A DNA stretch of 64,000 nt from Polymyxa betae A26-41 (GCA_003693705.1 RBZT01000527.1:1-64000), one strand, 5' to 3'; shown: positions 47,726 through 62,864, counted from the stretch's first letter. Translations and numbers: made by a program. Notes: generated by a model not told the origin, from the sequence alone.

Positions 47726-49856
47726 GGAACTGAACAGTAAATAGTCTATCTGAAATCTGGGAACAGAAATACATCGATTCATTATATATCTTTGTCTAGC
47801 ATGCAGTGTACTCTCGGAATTCGTAGAATTTTCTCCTTGTTGACTGTGAGAGCTCTGGCGAAATTGTTGTGAGATTCAAGCTAGCTCCAAGCAACCTCGC
47901 AAAAACAAAAGAGCCGTTATGTCATCCTGATTCAATGTGCATCTTGTGTAACATAAGCTATCAGAGTTATTTCTGCTTATGGACTGGTTTCAGGTTGGAG
48001 AGATCGAGGGCATTTCTGCGCGGCATCGGGTTGTCCTGTAAGCGTACCTGGATCGCTTCATATCAGTCAGATGCTGACGGGGATCGCTTGGGCGATCTGG
48101 CTTGCCATGGGGAGTACCGGGATCACTTGACACCTTGTACTGTTTGGGCGATCTGGCTTGTCTTCGTCTTATCGCACAACCCATTTTCGATTCCTTTCGG
48201 GGTCTGAGATGACATCAGCCGCTAGGTATTCCCGACCGGATGTCCCTTGCTGAAGTCGCAGGTACCGGATTCGATTTGGCCAAGTTGCTGCCGTTGCTTA
48301 CCCTCGATGGACGTTGTGGCTGCCATATCTATAAGAGGAACGTGTCTCTGCATCTTATTCGATGCTTATCTCATGCTGGCTCTGTCGCTGTATTTTGTTC
48401 TAAAAAAACTCAAGCGCAGCTAAAACTGTAATCATCTGGATTCGATGGAAGCCACAGCCATGAATATCATCAGAAAAAAATCATTTTCTATTGACAGATC
48501 AATCCACTTTTATTCATGTGGCTTTGAACCTTCATATCTACAACCTAGCCATCTTCACGTATGCAATCTTCGGCTGCCCGGATAGCTTTCCGCTTTCATT
48601 TGACGTCGCCTTCAGCCAACACTAATTTCTCTATCTTAAAGGAGTCTCAACCGACAGCCAACTGAGATTAGCAGATCTCAATCATCCCTTTGAGGCAATC
48701 ATACCGACCGTTATCATCAATAACGTTCTCGTTGCGCAATAGTTCACCTCTTGACGAGTTTTGAGCACTTTAGATGGGTATGCAGAATCAAGGATTCAGA
48801 GTAGCAGGCTTTTTTGTACTTTCTATCTTGTAATAGTATTGGATCAGGCAGTATCTCGGTAAAGAATTCGAATTCGAGACTATTCTTTTCCGCACGATGC
48901 CGATGCGTTCAAGAACGACTTCGCTACCAGCGACAGCAACTTTGAGAAAGCTGTCAAGATTACCTAAATAAGGACAAGTCTCTTCCCGTCTTGATAACAG
49001 CAACCTGCGCCATTATCGCAACACCTTTTCAACGGTCGATTGTCGGCGTTATTCCATCGTGACCAATGCCAGATAGATTTAATTTCATGGCCATGTTCGC
49101 GAGAACTGATAGTCTGTCCAGCTATCGCGGTGCAGCACGTCACGTTCGAAGGGCCAACACTAACAACCACACCAGAGAATCTCAGTCAAGTCTTGTTTGA
49201 TACCGCATTGAATCAGCTGTTGAAAGCTGATGCAGCCGGATTCGCTTCCAAGGTTCCTTGTCAGCCCGGATAATCATCGCCTCTGGATGATTACCTGGCT
49301 GGCATTAAAGAGCAGGCGGTCCATGACTGGACCCGAACCGAGCGATCCAAATGCCAACTATCTTTTCGGGCTTTCAAACTACCTAACCACCTGTGATATG
49401 TGATTGGTCGCAAATTGCAATGAGGTGTTTCTCCTCGTATCATTCTTGCTTTGACCATGCCCTAAACACTTGAAGTTTTGTTGATGCTTGCATTAACTAA
49501 TATGTGGACAAGAACCGTTTTCAAAGATTAAACGACGTGCAACTACCAGATTGTCCAAGAACTTTTGTATTTCCGATTTAGACCAGCGAGTTGCGATGAG
49601 ATCGTCCGATTAGAGAATCTAGCATGGCAGGCTCAAGGCAATTCGCGCCTGTGCCCACATGATTGGGATTACCCCCTACGAGCTTCATGACGCTTCATTA
49701 ACCCGTCGTCATACCTTATGCGTCTGTTATAGTGATCACAGCAGAGGGCTGCATTCAGTACTGTACCTGTAAATCAGTGCTATCAGGAGAGGGTTGCATT
49801 CGTTGCAGTGCTATTTAAATTTTTGAAGTGTTCCTATTCCTTCCTCAATTTGACAC

Positions 49857-50548
49857 ATGGATGATGATGATCCACCTCCTCTTGAAGATATGTCACCGTT
49901 CGTGAAGCCTGTCGTACATCAGCTTCAGGCTCAGCATAATAGGAGGTTATATCAGCAGCAAAGTCCTGGACAGGAGAATCAGGCCAGATCGATCTCTGGA
50001 GAGCAGGCCAAAGGCAATACCATGTTTTCAGGGTTACAGTCAGGGTTTTTCTCTAAGGTTGGTGAGAAAGGGAAAGCGATTGCTTTTTGACATCTTCGTT
50101 TGAAGAATAAGCACAAAGTTAAATCAAATGCAACACCAATCACCACAGATAAATCAGCTCTGGTGATTCCTGAAGTACAAGATGCCATGAGAAACGATAA
50201 TCAAGGTTGGTTTGTCTCTACATGTCAGGGTAGTGTTGATTTGCTCACGCCGGTTAGAGTGGCTAACAGACGATTTGCTTCGTAACTTTGTGACCAATCC
50301 TATGTTACTCGAAGGAACAAAAAATCCTAAAATAATGCAGGCCATGGAATTAATGCAGAAAAATCCCAAGGTGCAAGCCAGTTTGGATCTTTTCTTTTTA
50401 ATTTACTAATAGCGCATCTTAGGAAGCTTGTGACAAATTCAGGAACGATAGCGAAGTTAACTCTTTCATCAAAAGTTTTGCAACTCTCATGAGCAGTCAT
50501 TATTCAGGACTGGCCACACAGGGTGCCAATTCAAATCGAAAAGTTTGA
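49857..50548 (+). CDS. STI1-domain small protein, multi-exon
   Basis: MDDDDPPPLEDMS, FSGLQSGF, and EWLTDDLL...NPMLLEG.KNPKIMQAMELMQKNP|...KFRND.EV..F typical of STI1/DP repeats. Confidence 0.7.
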
Positions 50549-50695
50549 TAAATACGTAAATTATACTTCGTGAAAAGGTTGTACATGTTAATCGAAGAAC
50601 TGAGCATCATTCAATCGGATGATGATTCATGGTGAAACCTGAAATTTGTATTCGACAACTTTGTTTCCAATCCCGTTTTCTCTTGTCATTAAACA

Positions 50696-53600
50696 ATGGA
50701 CCAGAGCCAGAATGAGCCCCCTCGCTCACTGAGTGAAATTCAACGTCTGCCCCAGCGAGAGCCTCGTATTCGGCGAATCAGCAGCAGTGTTGAAGTCGGA
50801 GTGGTTACATCTATAACTGATCGGTTATTCCCGAATTTTTCTTCCACTGAAACGAAATCGAACTCTGGCGATATAACGCCTGCTGATCAACTTCCTGTGA
50901 AACGCGACCGATCTCTCAACAAAAATGATTTCAACAATCAACAGCAACTCGAAGCAAATGCGTCTAGTGAAAACCCAGTCGAAACAAATTCAGATGTGGA
51001 TCCTAACGACAATTTGGCCCAAACCAAACAGGAAGAGCGAATGTCCTCAGCATTAGATGAGGAGCCTGCCAACAATCGGGATCAAAAGCTGTCTCCAGAA
51101 CAATATCCGCAGGAATTGCCGGTATCTGAGAATTCTCCAGTTGAAGGTAGGTTCGACCGGGAACTCATTCATTCCTTGGAAGTAATATTGTTGCAGCACG
51201 CACCACTACCAGTAATAGTGATGGAGAACAGCAAGAAGCAAACTTATCCTCAGCTGGTATGAACGAATTGCACTCTTGAATTCTCCATTCTGACATTGGA
51301 CTAGGTGTTCCTGCTAAAAAGACTGATTCAACAAAACGACCTTCTGCAATTGGTATGCGGTCTCTTTTGCTTTAGTACTGTTTTCTCATAACAAAAAATT
51401 CAGAAGAGGCTGGAGCCAATGCACCTCCAAATGATGGAAGAGAAGAGGCGCCCATTGATTCAGATTTACCAGACGGTTCTGCAACAGCAGGCCCGATTGC
51501 CGGTTCTTTTGACAAGGCTTACGATCCCCGAAATGAGGAAACGTCGAGACTGGAATCTGAAAAACCGAAGAGCCGCAAGAATTCTCAGCAGCGTGGACCT
51601 GGTCTTTCTGATGCGCGTCCTGTGTCACCGTCTGCCGATCCTCAAAGACAACCGCCAGCTCAACCTGATTTTGAATCGGCTCAAGACTTATCAAGAGATG
51701 CCAGCGGCAAGAATCCACCAGCTCCTACAAATGTGTCATTATCCGATGACCCTTCAAAATCTGGAGATCGCTCAATTTCACCAGATTCAGATTTGAATTC
51801 GAAGCCCTCGGTGCCTCTCCCGCTATCAATGACTGCAGAATCTCGTGATGATGGCTTGCCCTCAACAGGTATCACCGAAAACAGAACTCTTTTAACTTCA
51901 AAGCCGAGCTAACGTTTGTTTGCCTCAGGTTCTGCCAGTGATGGATCACAACCGAATCGTTCTAAACCTGGTTTGTTGTTGTTTTTTGTTTCAAAGTATG
52001 GTGTTTCTTATCGCTTCTCAGAGGTGGCTGAATCCGACGGACGTTCCGATGATGAGATAAAAGAAGCGGTCGGTAACACTTCCATACCTGAGGACAATGG
52101 GCAAGCTGGACCAATGACAAATTCTGAGGAGTTGGCTGGTGACCGCCAAAATAACGAAATCGACAAACCAGATTCAAAACAGTCGGAAGACCGTCCAGGA
52201 CGTTCAGATGATGAGGTAAAAGAAGCTGTCGGTAGCACTTCCCTACCTGAGGACGATGGGAATGTGGCTGGTGACCGCCAAAATAACGAAATCGACAAAC
52301 CAGATTCAAAAGAACCGGAAGACCGTCCGAATTGGTTTCAACGTGGACTTGGCCTTTTTGGTTCAAGTTCTCCATTATCGTCTGAAGACCCAACTGCTCC
52401 AAAGCAACCACTGGCCCCTACACCATCTTCTGACATTCCGACTGCTCAAAAGCAATCGCCAGCCTCTGCATCATCGCCTGGCGACCCGGCTGCTCAAAAA
52501 CAGTCACCGGTCCAGCCTGATGTTGAATCGACTGACATTGACGAGAACTCTTCAGTTTCTACTAATTCAGAAATGGCCAAAGATCCCGCAAAATCTGATG
52601 ATCGTCCAAGCTCTCCAGCTTTAGACTCAAACCTGGACCCCTCGGCGGTTCGCCCGCAGTCAATGCCAACAGAACATGATGTTGCAAATAGGCAAGAAAA
52701 AAAATCACCCTCATCTGGTACAAACCAAGGACATTGCTTGATTTCTCGTGTCGATCTAATTTTGTCTTCAGATCCCATCAAGGCTGAAACTCCACAAGAT
52801 CGTTCTGCACCAGGTATGCAATTTTGTTCCAAAGTACGGTAGTTCTTACAGAGTCTCAGAGGCGACTGGATCCGATGCGCCTTCAGAAAGCAAGAACACT
52901 GAATCGGTTAATCCTTCTGCTTTACCTGAGGCTACTAAGCCTGCAGTCACGGCCGCTGGGCCTGATGTGGCGAAGAACAGTCCCCCAAATGACGAAGCAG
53001 TCAAACCAGAATCGAAAGGATCGAAGAGCCCCCCTAATTGGTCTCAGCGTGGACTTGGACAATCTGACCCAAGCCAAGCGTCATCCTCTAACGATCCTTC
53101 TGCTCAAATACAGAATCAAGCTCAGCCCGATTCACCAGCTGAACGTTCATCAAGAAATGATAATGACAACAAGACAACAGCCCCTGCAAACCCAAACTTG
53201 CAAGGAGACCCCTCAACAAGCGAAGATCGTTCGCAGCCTGCGCCTCGTGAATATCCAAGTCCTGCAGGACAAGAGACTACTTCACAATCAGCAGGTATAT
53301 ACAAAGAACACAGCTTGAAGTTTGGAATCAATTTAATCTTTGATTTAGCCTCAGATCTTACCAAAAATCAAGCACGACAACAAAGCCCCAAAGCTGGTAT
53401 GTCACACTTTTGTTCAAAGTATAGTATTCTTACATCGGATCAGAGAAAGCTAAATTTCATGCACCTTTGAATTCTACACGAGATTCGCCCAATGAATCAG
53501 CTTCATCAGACGGCGCTGCTGCAGCAAACCCGACTTCTAGTTCAGACGAGGTGGCTGACGATCGCCGAAGTGACACAGCAGACAGACCAGAATCTAAAGA

Positions 53601-56192
53601 TCCGAAGAGTCGTCAAAATTGGTTTCAACGTGGACTTGGCTTTTCTGGCTCACGTCCTGCATCAGCTTCCAACAACCCGGCTGATACGAATTCAGACTTG
53701 CCCAAAGGCGTCCCAAAATCTGACGCTCCTAAAATTTCTCCAGATTTGGGCTCAGATTCGATGCAGTCGGCGCCACGTCCACAGCCAGTGCCTGCTCAAA
53801 ATGCAGCTGCCAATAGTTTACAATCATCAGGTACAAACGAAGAGCAGAGCTCGAGCTTTCGGATCGATATAACACTTGTTTATTCTCAGATCCTGACAGA
53901 GCCGAAACTCCACAGCGTCGCTCTATTCCTGGTAGTATTATCGTTTTAAAGTATAAAATTTCTTACAGTGCTGCAGGGCCGGCTGAACTCGATAATCCTT
54001 CAGATGACATTAGAAAAAAAACTGCTGGCGATTATACTTCACCAGATGATACGGCACCAGCAGGCCCGCTTTCTGGTTCTGATGAAAGGGATGGCGACGG
54101 CCAAATTAACCAAGATACCAAATTGGATTCCAAAGAGCCGAGGAACCGTCCGAATTGGTTTCAGCGTAATCGTGGCCGTCCTGGTTCACGGCCAGCATCA
54201 TCGCCTGACGATCCGGCTGCTACAAGGCAATCGCCGACTCAGTCTGGACCGGCTCAGGACATACCAACTAACGACAGTGGCAAGGCTCCATCAGTTGCTT
54301 CAAATTCAGATTTGCCCAAAGACTACTCGGAATCAGACGCTTCTAAGAACTCTCCAGATTTGATGCCGTCGGCGCCTCGTCCGCAGGCAACGCGTGCTCA
54401 TAACAATTCAAATCCTGACACGGCTGAAACCCAACAACCTGACTCTGCACCTGGTATTGTGTTTCCACCTTTGAAATGATCCTATCTCTTATACTGCTTC
54501 AGGGCCCGCTGGATCCGATACAACTTCAGATGATAAGAGAAGAGAAGTGGACAGCCCTACAGCTTTACCAAATGTTACGGCACCATCAAGACCGATTGCT
54601 GATTCTGGTAATGTGGCTGGGGATCGCCTTGCTGACGAAATCGGCAAATCAGAACCCGAAGAGCCAACCAACCGTCAGAATTGGTTTCAGCGTGGGTTTG
54701 GCCGTCCTGGTTCACGTCCTGCATCATCGCCTGACGACCCGGCTGGTCAAAGACAATCGCCGATCCAGCCTGATATTGTACCGGATCGAGAAAGCGACAG
54801 TGACAAAAATTCATCAGCTCCTACGAACTTGGACTTGCCAAAAGGCTCAAAACCTGAAACCCGTTCAGTTTCGCCAGATTTCGATGTGAATACGGCGCCC
54901 TCGCCGCCTCGCCCACAGTCAAAGACTGCAGGAAATGATGAAACAGGAACGCCTGAGAATAGTTTTCCCTCAGCAGGTATAATCGAGGAGCGTTTCCGAG
55001 TTCTTGAGTCGGTCTAACATGTCGTTAGCTTCAGATCCTGTCAAAGCTGAAGCACCACAGAGTCGCTTTACACCTGGTCTGGTAACTGTTTGCAACAAAA
55101 AATTGCATATCTCAAAATTTCTCAGAGGCGACTGGCTTTGATGCACCTTCCGATGATAACAGAAAAGAAGTGCCAAAGAACACTACAAGAGCAGAACCGA
55201 TTGCTGGTTCTGATGACGTCGCTAGTGCCCGCCAAAACAACGAAGCTGCCAAATCAGAATCAAAAGAACCAACCAACCGTCAGAATTGGTTTCAGCGTGG
55301 GTTTGGGCGCCCTGGTTCACGTCCAGCAACATCATCCAACGACCCAGCTACGCAAAGGCAAACGCCCTCTCAGCCTGAATCGGCTCGCAACACATCAAGT
55401 AATGACAATAGCGAGATGTCATCAGCTCCTACGAGTCCAGATTTGCCACAAGATTCGAAATCTGAAGCTCGTTCATTTTCTCCAGATCTGGGCTCAAATT
55501 CGATGGCCACAGCGGCTTCCCCGCCGCCAAAGACTGCAAGATACGATGGTGCAGAGGCGCATGAGAACAGTTTACCGCCAGGTAATAAGAGAGCAATGCT
55601 GAAAATGTTAAAATTGATCTAACAGTCTCCTCCAGTTCCTGACAGTGCTAAAATCCCTCAGCACCAATCTATACCCGGTATGTTATCTTGTTTCAAAATA
55701 TAATGGTATTCCTTATGTTATCCAGAACCGGCTGGATTCGATGCGCCGCCAATTGATAAAAGACAAGAAACGGTCGATGCTGATGCTTTACCAACGGATA
55801 CTGCAATAGACGGATCGATTGCTGCTTCTGATGACGTGTCTGGCGACCGCCAAGATAACAAAGTCGACAATTCAGAATCCCAGGAACCGACGAGCCGTCC
55901 AAATTGGTTTCAACGTGGGCCCAACGTTTCTGGTTCGAATCCTGCATCGTCTTCTCAGAATGAGGCTGCACAAAGACAATCGAATGAAACACGCAACGAT
56001 GCGCAAGCAAATCAGCCGGAAATGCGAGCAGATCAGCCAGAAATGCAAGCAAATCAGCCGGAAATGCGAGCAGATCAGCCAGAAATGCGAGCAGATCAGC
56101 CAGAAACGCAAGCAGATCAGCCGAGAACACGTCGCCAGCGACAGAGACGTGCTCGTCGAAACCGGCCTGGTTATAACCCTAATGCATGGTGA
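50696..56192 (+). CDS. Large low-complexity (S/P/D/E/N/Q-rich) protein built from ~8 duplicated exon modules with an NWFQRG motif
   Basis: NW(F/S)QR(G/N) near 52330, 53036, 53617, 54153, 54679, 55284 and 55902; alternating long exon and ~42-bp micro-exon with phase-1 introns; terminal (QPEMRAD)n and RRQRQRRARR. Confidence 0.75.
56010..56125 (+). repeat. 21-bp coding minisatellite (QPEM[R/Q]A[D/N]), about five units
   Basis: ATCAGCC(G/A)GAAATGC(G/A)AGCA(G/A) repeated in tandem. Confidence 0.9.
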
Positions 56193-56314
56193 TAGAAATC
56201 TGCTTAGTGTATCAATAAAATGATGCCAAAAGGCAGACTGATCCCATACCAGGGTTTATTTGAAAACAAAACAAAGTATAAAAATTGTTGATGCGTGTTG
56301 GAAATGAATGATCG

Positions 56315-57123
56315 TCAATATCTGTAGCTGTCACTTTTCCGTCTGTCAGCCTCTTTATACGATCGAGAATAGTTGTAATAATCGTGGACGTCATAGCTTC
56401 GAAATTGTCGACGGATATCTCTGTGTTCATCTCGGGAATCAGGTGCTTCTGGGCGCGATCTTTTAGTTTCGGAAACCTCATCTGCAGGTCGTTCATGATA
56501 ATACCTGTTTGTATTCTCACAAGGGAGCCGCCGCTGAAAACAAACCCTACCTAGCTCGATTGGACTCGGTTTTTGGCGTCTGCGACGCTTTGAAGAGACG
56601 AACATTCTCCCGAATGATATCATTCTCACGCGGATGAGGACATTCTTTAACGGAATGACCCGATTCACCACAGTTGAAGCATGTCTGCGATTGCAAAGGT
56701 CTGAGCGGCAGGGGGGCTCTATTCACAACATCGTATCGGGCTGGACAACGAATACGCTCATCATTTCCTTTCGTATCGATACAAAAGTCTGGCATATATT
56801 TCACAATCCGAGGCTTAACAGGAGATTGGATCTGAGAGATTGATTGTCTTCGATTGCAAGTGGAAATCAATCTTTCAATCTCAATCTGAAGCCAATCTGG
56901 AACATTGTTATACGTAATCTCTAGCAGAAGGCTCGATTTCGGATCAATATCGGAACCCGAGCCCTCCGGAATATACTCGCCTGATTCTATCCCAGGCGAC
57001 GATGACATCTGACCTATAAATCAAATGAGGCAATTCCGCTTCAAAACACGACATTTACAGCATACAAAACCCGGAGGTCTTCTCAAGACGAACCGGCGAT
57101 TTACAGATCTGACTATCATCCAT
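56315..57123 (-). CDS. ZCCHC8-like zinc-knuckle protein (short form), three exons
   Basis: FCIDTKG (arch-interaction-like motif), CFNCGESGHSVKECPHPR..., then R|YY after an intron; upstream exon MDDSQIC.. splices in frame. Confidence 0.65.
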
Positions 57124-57640
57124 AAATGAAGTTAGCTTGATGGTTACGAGCTTATAATATCTCCATCATGCAATGTCAAGTGTTTCAAGGGTCGCAACCG
57201 TCAACCGGCACCGGGATCGCGCACTATATTGCAATTCACAACTGCTTGAAGAAAATGCGCTGTCAATAAATGTCGGACCATCTCATGGGTGTGTTTTAAT
57301 TACGGTAACAACTTTTTGCAATTGATCCTTGACAACTCGGCTTTCCTGATCTATTTTCCTGCAAACGCTTAAGATTGAAAGCCACCCAGGAGCTGGCATT
57401 CTGCTTCAAATTCCGAGGCCTTCTCGGCAAAATTTCTGATTCCTGATATGTTAAAAAAATGTTCAAGAATTTTAAATATTCAGTAACATTGATGAATGAT
57501 GAAGTTCACTGCAATCGGTAGCTGGCGGCGGAGGGACCCTCTTTACTGTTTAACTGCTTTTGTACGCTGCAGACTGCAGTCAGGTCTCAGTCTCACTGCT
57601 CGACAGTTCGCAACTTTTGTTTATTCCTTCAATTGATTGA

Positions 57641-58811
<1,171 letters not shown>

Positions 58812-59039
58812 ACGCTCATTGTAAATCACTAAACAAGCCTCATGTTGACCTGCGTTGAATCACGACAGTAAAGGAATGTAGTTGGGCATACGTGACTCAT
58901 TCAGTGGCGATGAGTCAAATAGATTGCCCAAGTATCGCTGGGCCTTGCGCTGGTGTTGAATTCATTGTTAAAGCGAATCTCCATCTTAAACAAGCCTTAT
59001 CTCTTAGCAGCTCTATCAGCACTTACTTCTCTACATACA

Positions 59040-59312
59040 ATGTCTTTCATCAAGCGTGCCTTCCTGTTCGGAGCTGTTGCCATCGTCCTGGCCTTCGCCG
59101 TTGCTGATGCCCAGGCACCAGCCCCTGCTCCCATGACCAACGAAGCCGACATGGAGTCGAACGAAATCGACACTGCCGTTGCCCCTACGACTGATGCTGT
59201 AGATGCCGCTGTTGATGGCACTGAAGCCGTTGACGCTGGCGATGCCGCAATTGATGCCGTTGAGGACGATGCCGCTGTTGACACCGCTGACCAAGCTGCT
59301 ACAAAGGCATAA
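59040..59312 (+). CDS. Small secreted Ala/Asp-rich acidic protein (90 aa)
   Basis: Signal peptide MSFIKRAFLFGAVAIVLAFAVADA; DAAVD-type repeats; AATAAA just after the stop. Confidence 0.75.
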   Translation: MSFIKRAFLFGAVAIVLAFAVADAQAPAPAPMTNEADMESNEIDTAVAPTTDAVDAAVDGTEAVDAGDAAIDAVEDDAAVDTADQAATKA

Positions 59313-59436
59313 GTCGCCAATAAACTCTATCAAGAAAATCGACCACGAACAAATTGAAGTACTGTCGATAGGTAGAAGAGATGAATTCAGATAATATTCT
59401 TGAACACCATGGCGAAGGATTATGAAGGTTAAGGAT

Positions 59437-61463
59437 TTATTTTTTTGATTTCTCTGTTTGCATGGCAGCACGGGCCTGTCTCCTCTTGAATCGGGAGTTT
59501 TTCGCTTCCTGCAGCTGCTGCCAACTCCGTTTCAGATTTCGATCTGTACGATAGGGCGCCAGTTGTTTGATCGAGACCCGCTTCTGCAACTCTTTGTCGT
59601 CTGTGTTGAGGATATCCTCGATCGGCATGCCGAATGAATGTTCTGGGACATCTGTGTACCGGAACCTGGTCCTCACATTGCCGTCAGCAATCGTGTCCTC
59701 GAAATCCATGGCGTACAGCTCATCCAGGATCTGGGCGGTCTTCTCCGAGCCCACCTTCGCTCGTTTCTAATTGCAACGAATTAAGTCGAGATTCTGCTAA
59801 ACATATCTAATCAACGGCCACCTTTTTTTTTGGTCTCGATTCCTGATCAATGACGTCTTCGGCGATTTCTTTGTCGTCGTCGATTTCTTTGTCAGCTGTT
59901 TGCGAATCGCTTTTAACTTTGACGAAGAGATCAGTGGCGCCTTCGTCGCCTTCATAGAAGTCGTCGTCGAATACTGACGCCATTTTCTTGTCAAATTCTT
60001 CGGGATCGAAATCGCCATCCATGTCGAGCTGCGATAAAATCGCGGCGCGTTTATCATTGGCGCCGACGTCGACACCACCAAACTCTTTGATCGCCTTCAG
60101 CCGCTCTTCCATCATTTGTTCGCGCATCTCCTGCATTTTCTGCAGCTCATCTTTCTCCGCCTGCAAATCGAATAGTGAGAAAAGCCAGGGTGTTAGGGTT
60201 TTGGGGGGTTACTTGTTCGAGAAGCTCCTTCCTGCGTTGATTCTTGGCCTGTTTCAGTTCTTCGACGGCGCGCTCTTTGGTCGCCTTTTTAGCCGCCTTG
60301 CGCTTCTCTCGTTTCAATGCTCGTCGATCATCAACCCGCCTTGCTGAATCCTCGATATGTCTTGGATGTGTAACCAGCTGAGTACCACCAGGCTCCTCGA
60401 ATCTGAAATTATATTGTGACTCGAAATGATCCTGCGCGTCCAGGAACGCTTCATCAGCGCTGAGATCAGCCTGATCGATCTGTTCAGGTCGCATTGCCTG
60501 AATTAGACCAGGATCTTTATAATCAGCAGGGCGCTGCTCCTTCCACCATTCTCCAGAGATATACTCCTTCAGGAACTGATCCTCGGCAGACAGACCCGAC
60601 TGCTGGGCGTACCGGCCCAGGGTCCGGCTCTCGCTGACCGGAGCCTGTTTCCGTTTGATTTCCTGAGCGGCCACGAACTGATCGTATCCGTCGAGGTCCT
60701 GCCGGGGGCCAGCACGTCACCGAAAACGATATCTGCGAGAGGGCCGACCGGTACGTACCGGCTCGTGACGTTGCTTCGGAATCAGCTCGAGGTCGTCGTC
60801 GGATTCATCGCTGATGTTGGCGGCAATGAACGCCTGCCGGGCTCGAGATTGCTCATTGGCCGGAACGTACTGAGGCTTCTCCTCATCGGCCTGAGAAAAT
60901 CGAATTAAAATCATGCTCCAAAAAATGAATAAAAAAATTCATCGAGTAACAAAATATTATGAAAGCAAATCAAACACAAAGATGAAATAAGCGGCGAATA
61001 CGTCAGGATTGAGGGCTTCTTCGATCATTTGTTCAGCAAGAATCTGCCGAACAGATTTGGCCTTCCTCAGTTTCGGCTCCGGTTCATCATTATTGCCTTC
61101 GTCATCGTCATCTTCGTCATAGAATTTGGCGTCCGGATTGTAGACGGCCGGATCCCGGTTCCGAATCTTCTCGATCGTCTCCATAATCTGCCGGTCGATT
61201 TTCGGCGTCAGCAACAGCCCTTCTGGATCTTCATCTTCGGACGATGATGCATCGGATTCGTTATTAGGAGCTTGCATGACCTGTAGGGCCTCCTTCACCG
61301 ATTCTAATCCACCATGTCAGCGAACTAGACAATGTAATGGGCCGCTGCCCTGATAACGTCATCGAATACTTTTGGACATTTGTTCCTGACGTTTAGATAG
61401 CTCATAGGCGGCTGCATAATTGGCATTGACGTTGAGCTGGTCCAGATTCTCATCGTCCGACAT
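59437..61463 (-). CDS. KRI1: KRI1 40S ribosome biogenesis factor, multi-exon
   Basis: LNVNANYAAAYE, IRNRDPAVYNPDAKFY, FESQYNFRFEEPG, HPRHIEDSARR, GDFDPEEFDKKM, RFRY..V...SFGM...DIL..DDKEL...VSIK.LAPYR. Confidence 0.93.
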
Positions 61464-61829
61464 TGTTGTTCTGTCGATTTCAGAAAATCGATCGCATGAC
61501 CCGGAAAACATCCGCACGGACTTTTCACAGATTTTTTTCAAAACTTTCACGAATTTTCAGAAATCGACTGGACCGCAGAACATATCATTGTAAGAACATC
61601 ATTACAGAATAGTTTGGTCTTCTTGAGAAATCCACAAACATGGGAATCATTTCTTGATAAATTTGAATTAGGGCGAAAGGTACCCCTGAATGCTCTTATT
61701 CAAAATCTAGAGGTGTTATTCACCAGTCTTCTGGAATCTGTGCCCTGTTGCATTCCTTTATTACCCTTCCGGCCCGAGACAGAGTTTGAAACAAGCGGCT
61801 CCCAAAGCGCCATTGCCATCAATCCCATC

Positions 61830-62864
61830 ATGACGCATGCGAATGTTGCTTTGCGATCCCCAGAAACTTCTCACCAAGATATGATCGTCATGCCCGAGCT
61901 CGACAATGTCCTCAACTTTCGTGACGTTAATCGTTGCTGCCCGAAGCTCCGCCCCGGACGGCTGTTCCGCTCCGGGCACACGCTGTTCGCCACCGACAAG
62001 GACGCCGACCTTCTCTTGGGTCAGTTCGGGATCCGAACAGTGATCGATCTGCGTGCCGATGGCGATGCTGAAGTGAAATCGGTGATTGGAGTGCCAGACG
62101 CCACCAACCGGTTTGTGGCTCGCTTGGAGAAGGTACCGCTGGATGCGGCGGCGTCGTCCCGGCTGCGGAAGCCCTCCGTCACGAATGTGCCATTCGGTGG
62201 CGCTCGACAGTTGTTGAGCTATATCTGCCTGAATGGGACCCTCATAGAGATCGTTCTGCTGTTTTTATACAGCTTATTCTGTATGAAGCAAAGAGCGATC
62301 GGCGTCATGTCCCGAGTTTTCGCGCGATTTGGCCTCACCGGCCTCAGTTGTGGTCAGTGGCTAACGTCGTGCAGACCCGTCGTTGATCTGATGTGTTTTT
62401 GTTCGCTAGCGTTGGTGTCGTGCTCGGGTGATCTGGTCGCCGAAGTGTTGAAAGTCGTCGCTGTCAATTCGGAGAATGGTGTCTTGGTTCATTGCAGGTA
62501 GAGAATCTGAGATTGTCGTTGCCGAGCCATGCCTCCAACGAATCGTAGTTTAGGGAAAGATCGAACCGGAGTGATTATCGCCTTGATTCTGATGATATTA
62601 GATTTTGAAGAGGATGAGATAGTAAATGATTATGAAGAAAGTGGTCGTGCTGTGACAGTGGAGACGAGAAAGGCGCTTCTGCCCAAGACGCTTTTTGATA
62701 AAGACCTGTTCGCTGATGCAGATGGAAAAGTGATTCGCAATCTGGTCAAATTCATCGATAAGCGATATGGGTCCCTGAACAATTATTTGGATTCGATTGG
62801 ATTTGATGAGAGCTATCGAAAAATGATGCGAACAAATTTGTTAAAGAGAAAAGCCAGACAATAA
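61830..62864 (+). CDS. PtpB/IphP-like (Y_phosphatase3) tyrosine/lipid phosphatase, multi-exon
   Basis: VLNFRDV, GRLFRSG, GIRTVIDLR, spliced catalytic loop VHCS|LGKDRTG, IVNDYEES, YGSLNNYLDSIG. Confidence 0.88.

Noticed and set aside
47800-49800. Possible gene or pseudogene in a 2-kb interval
   Set aside because: Only short ORFs without motifs; I could not build a supported model.
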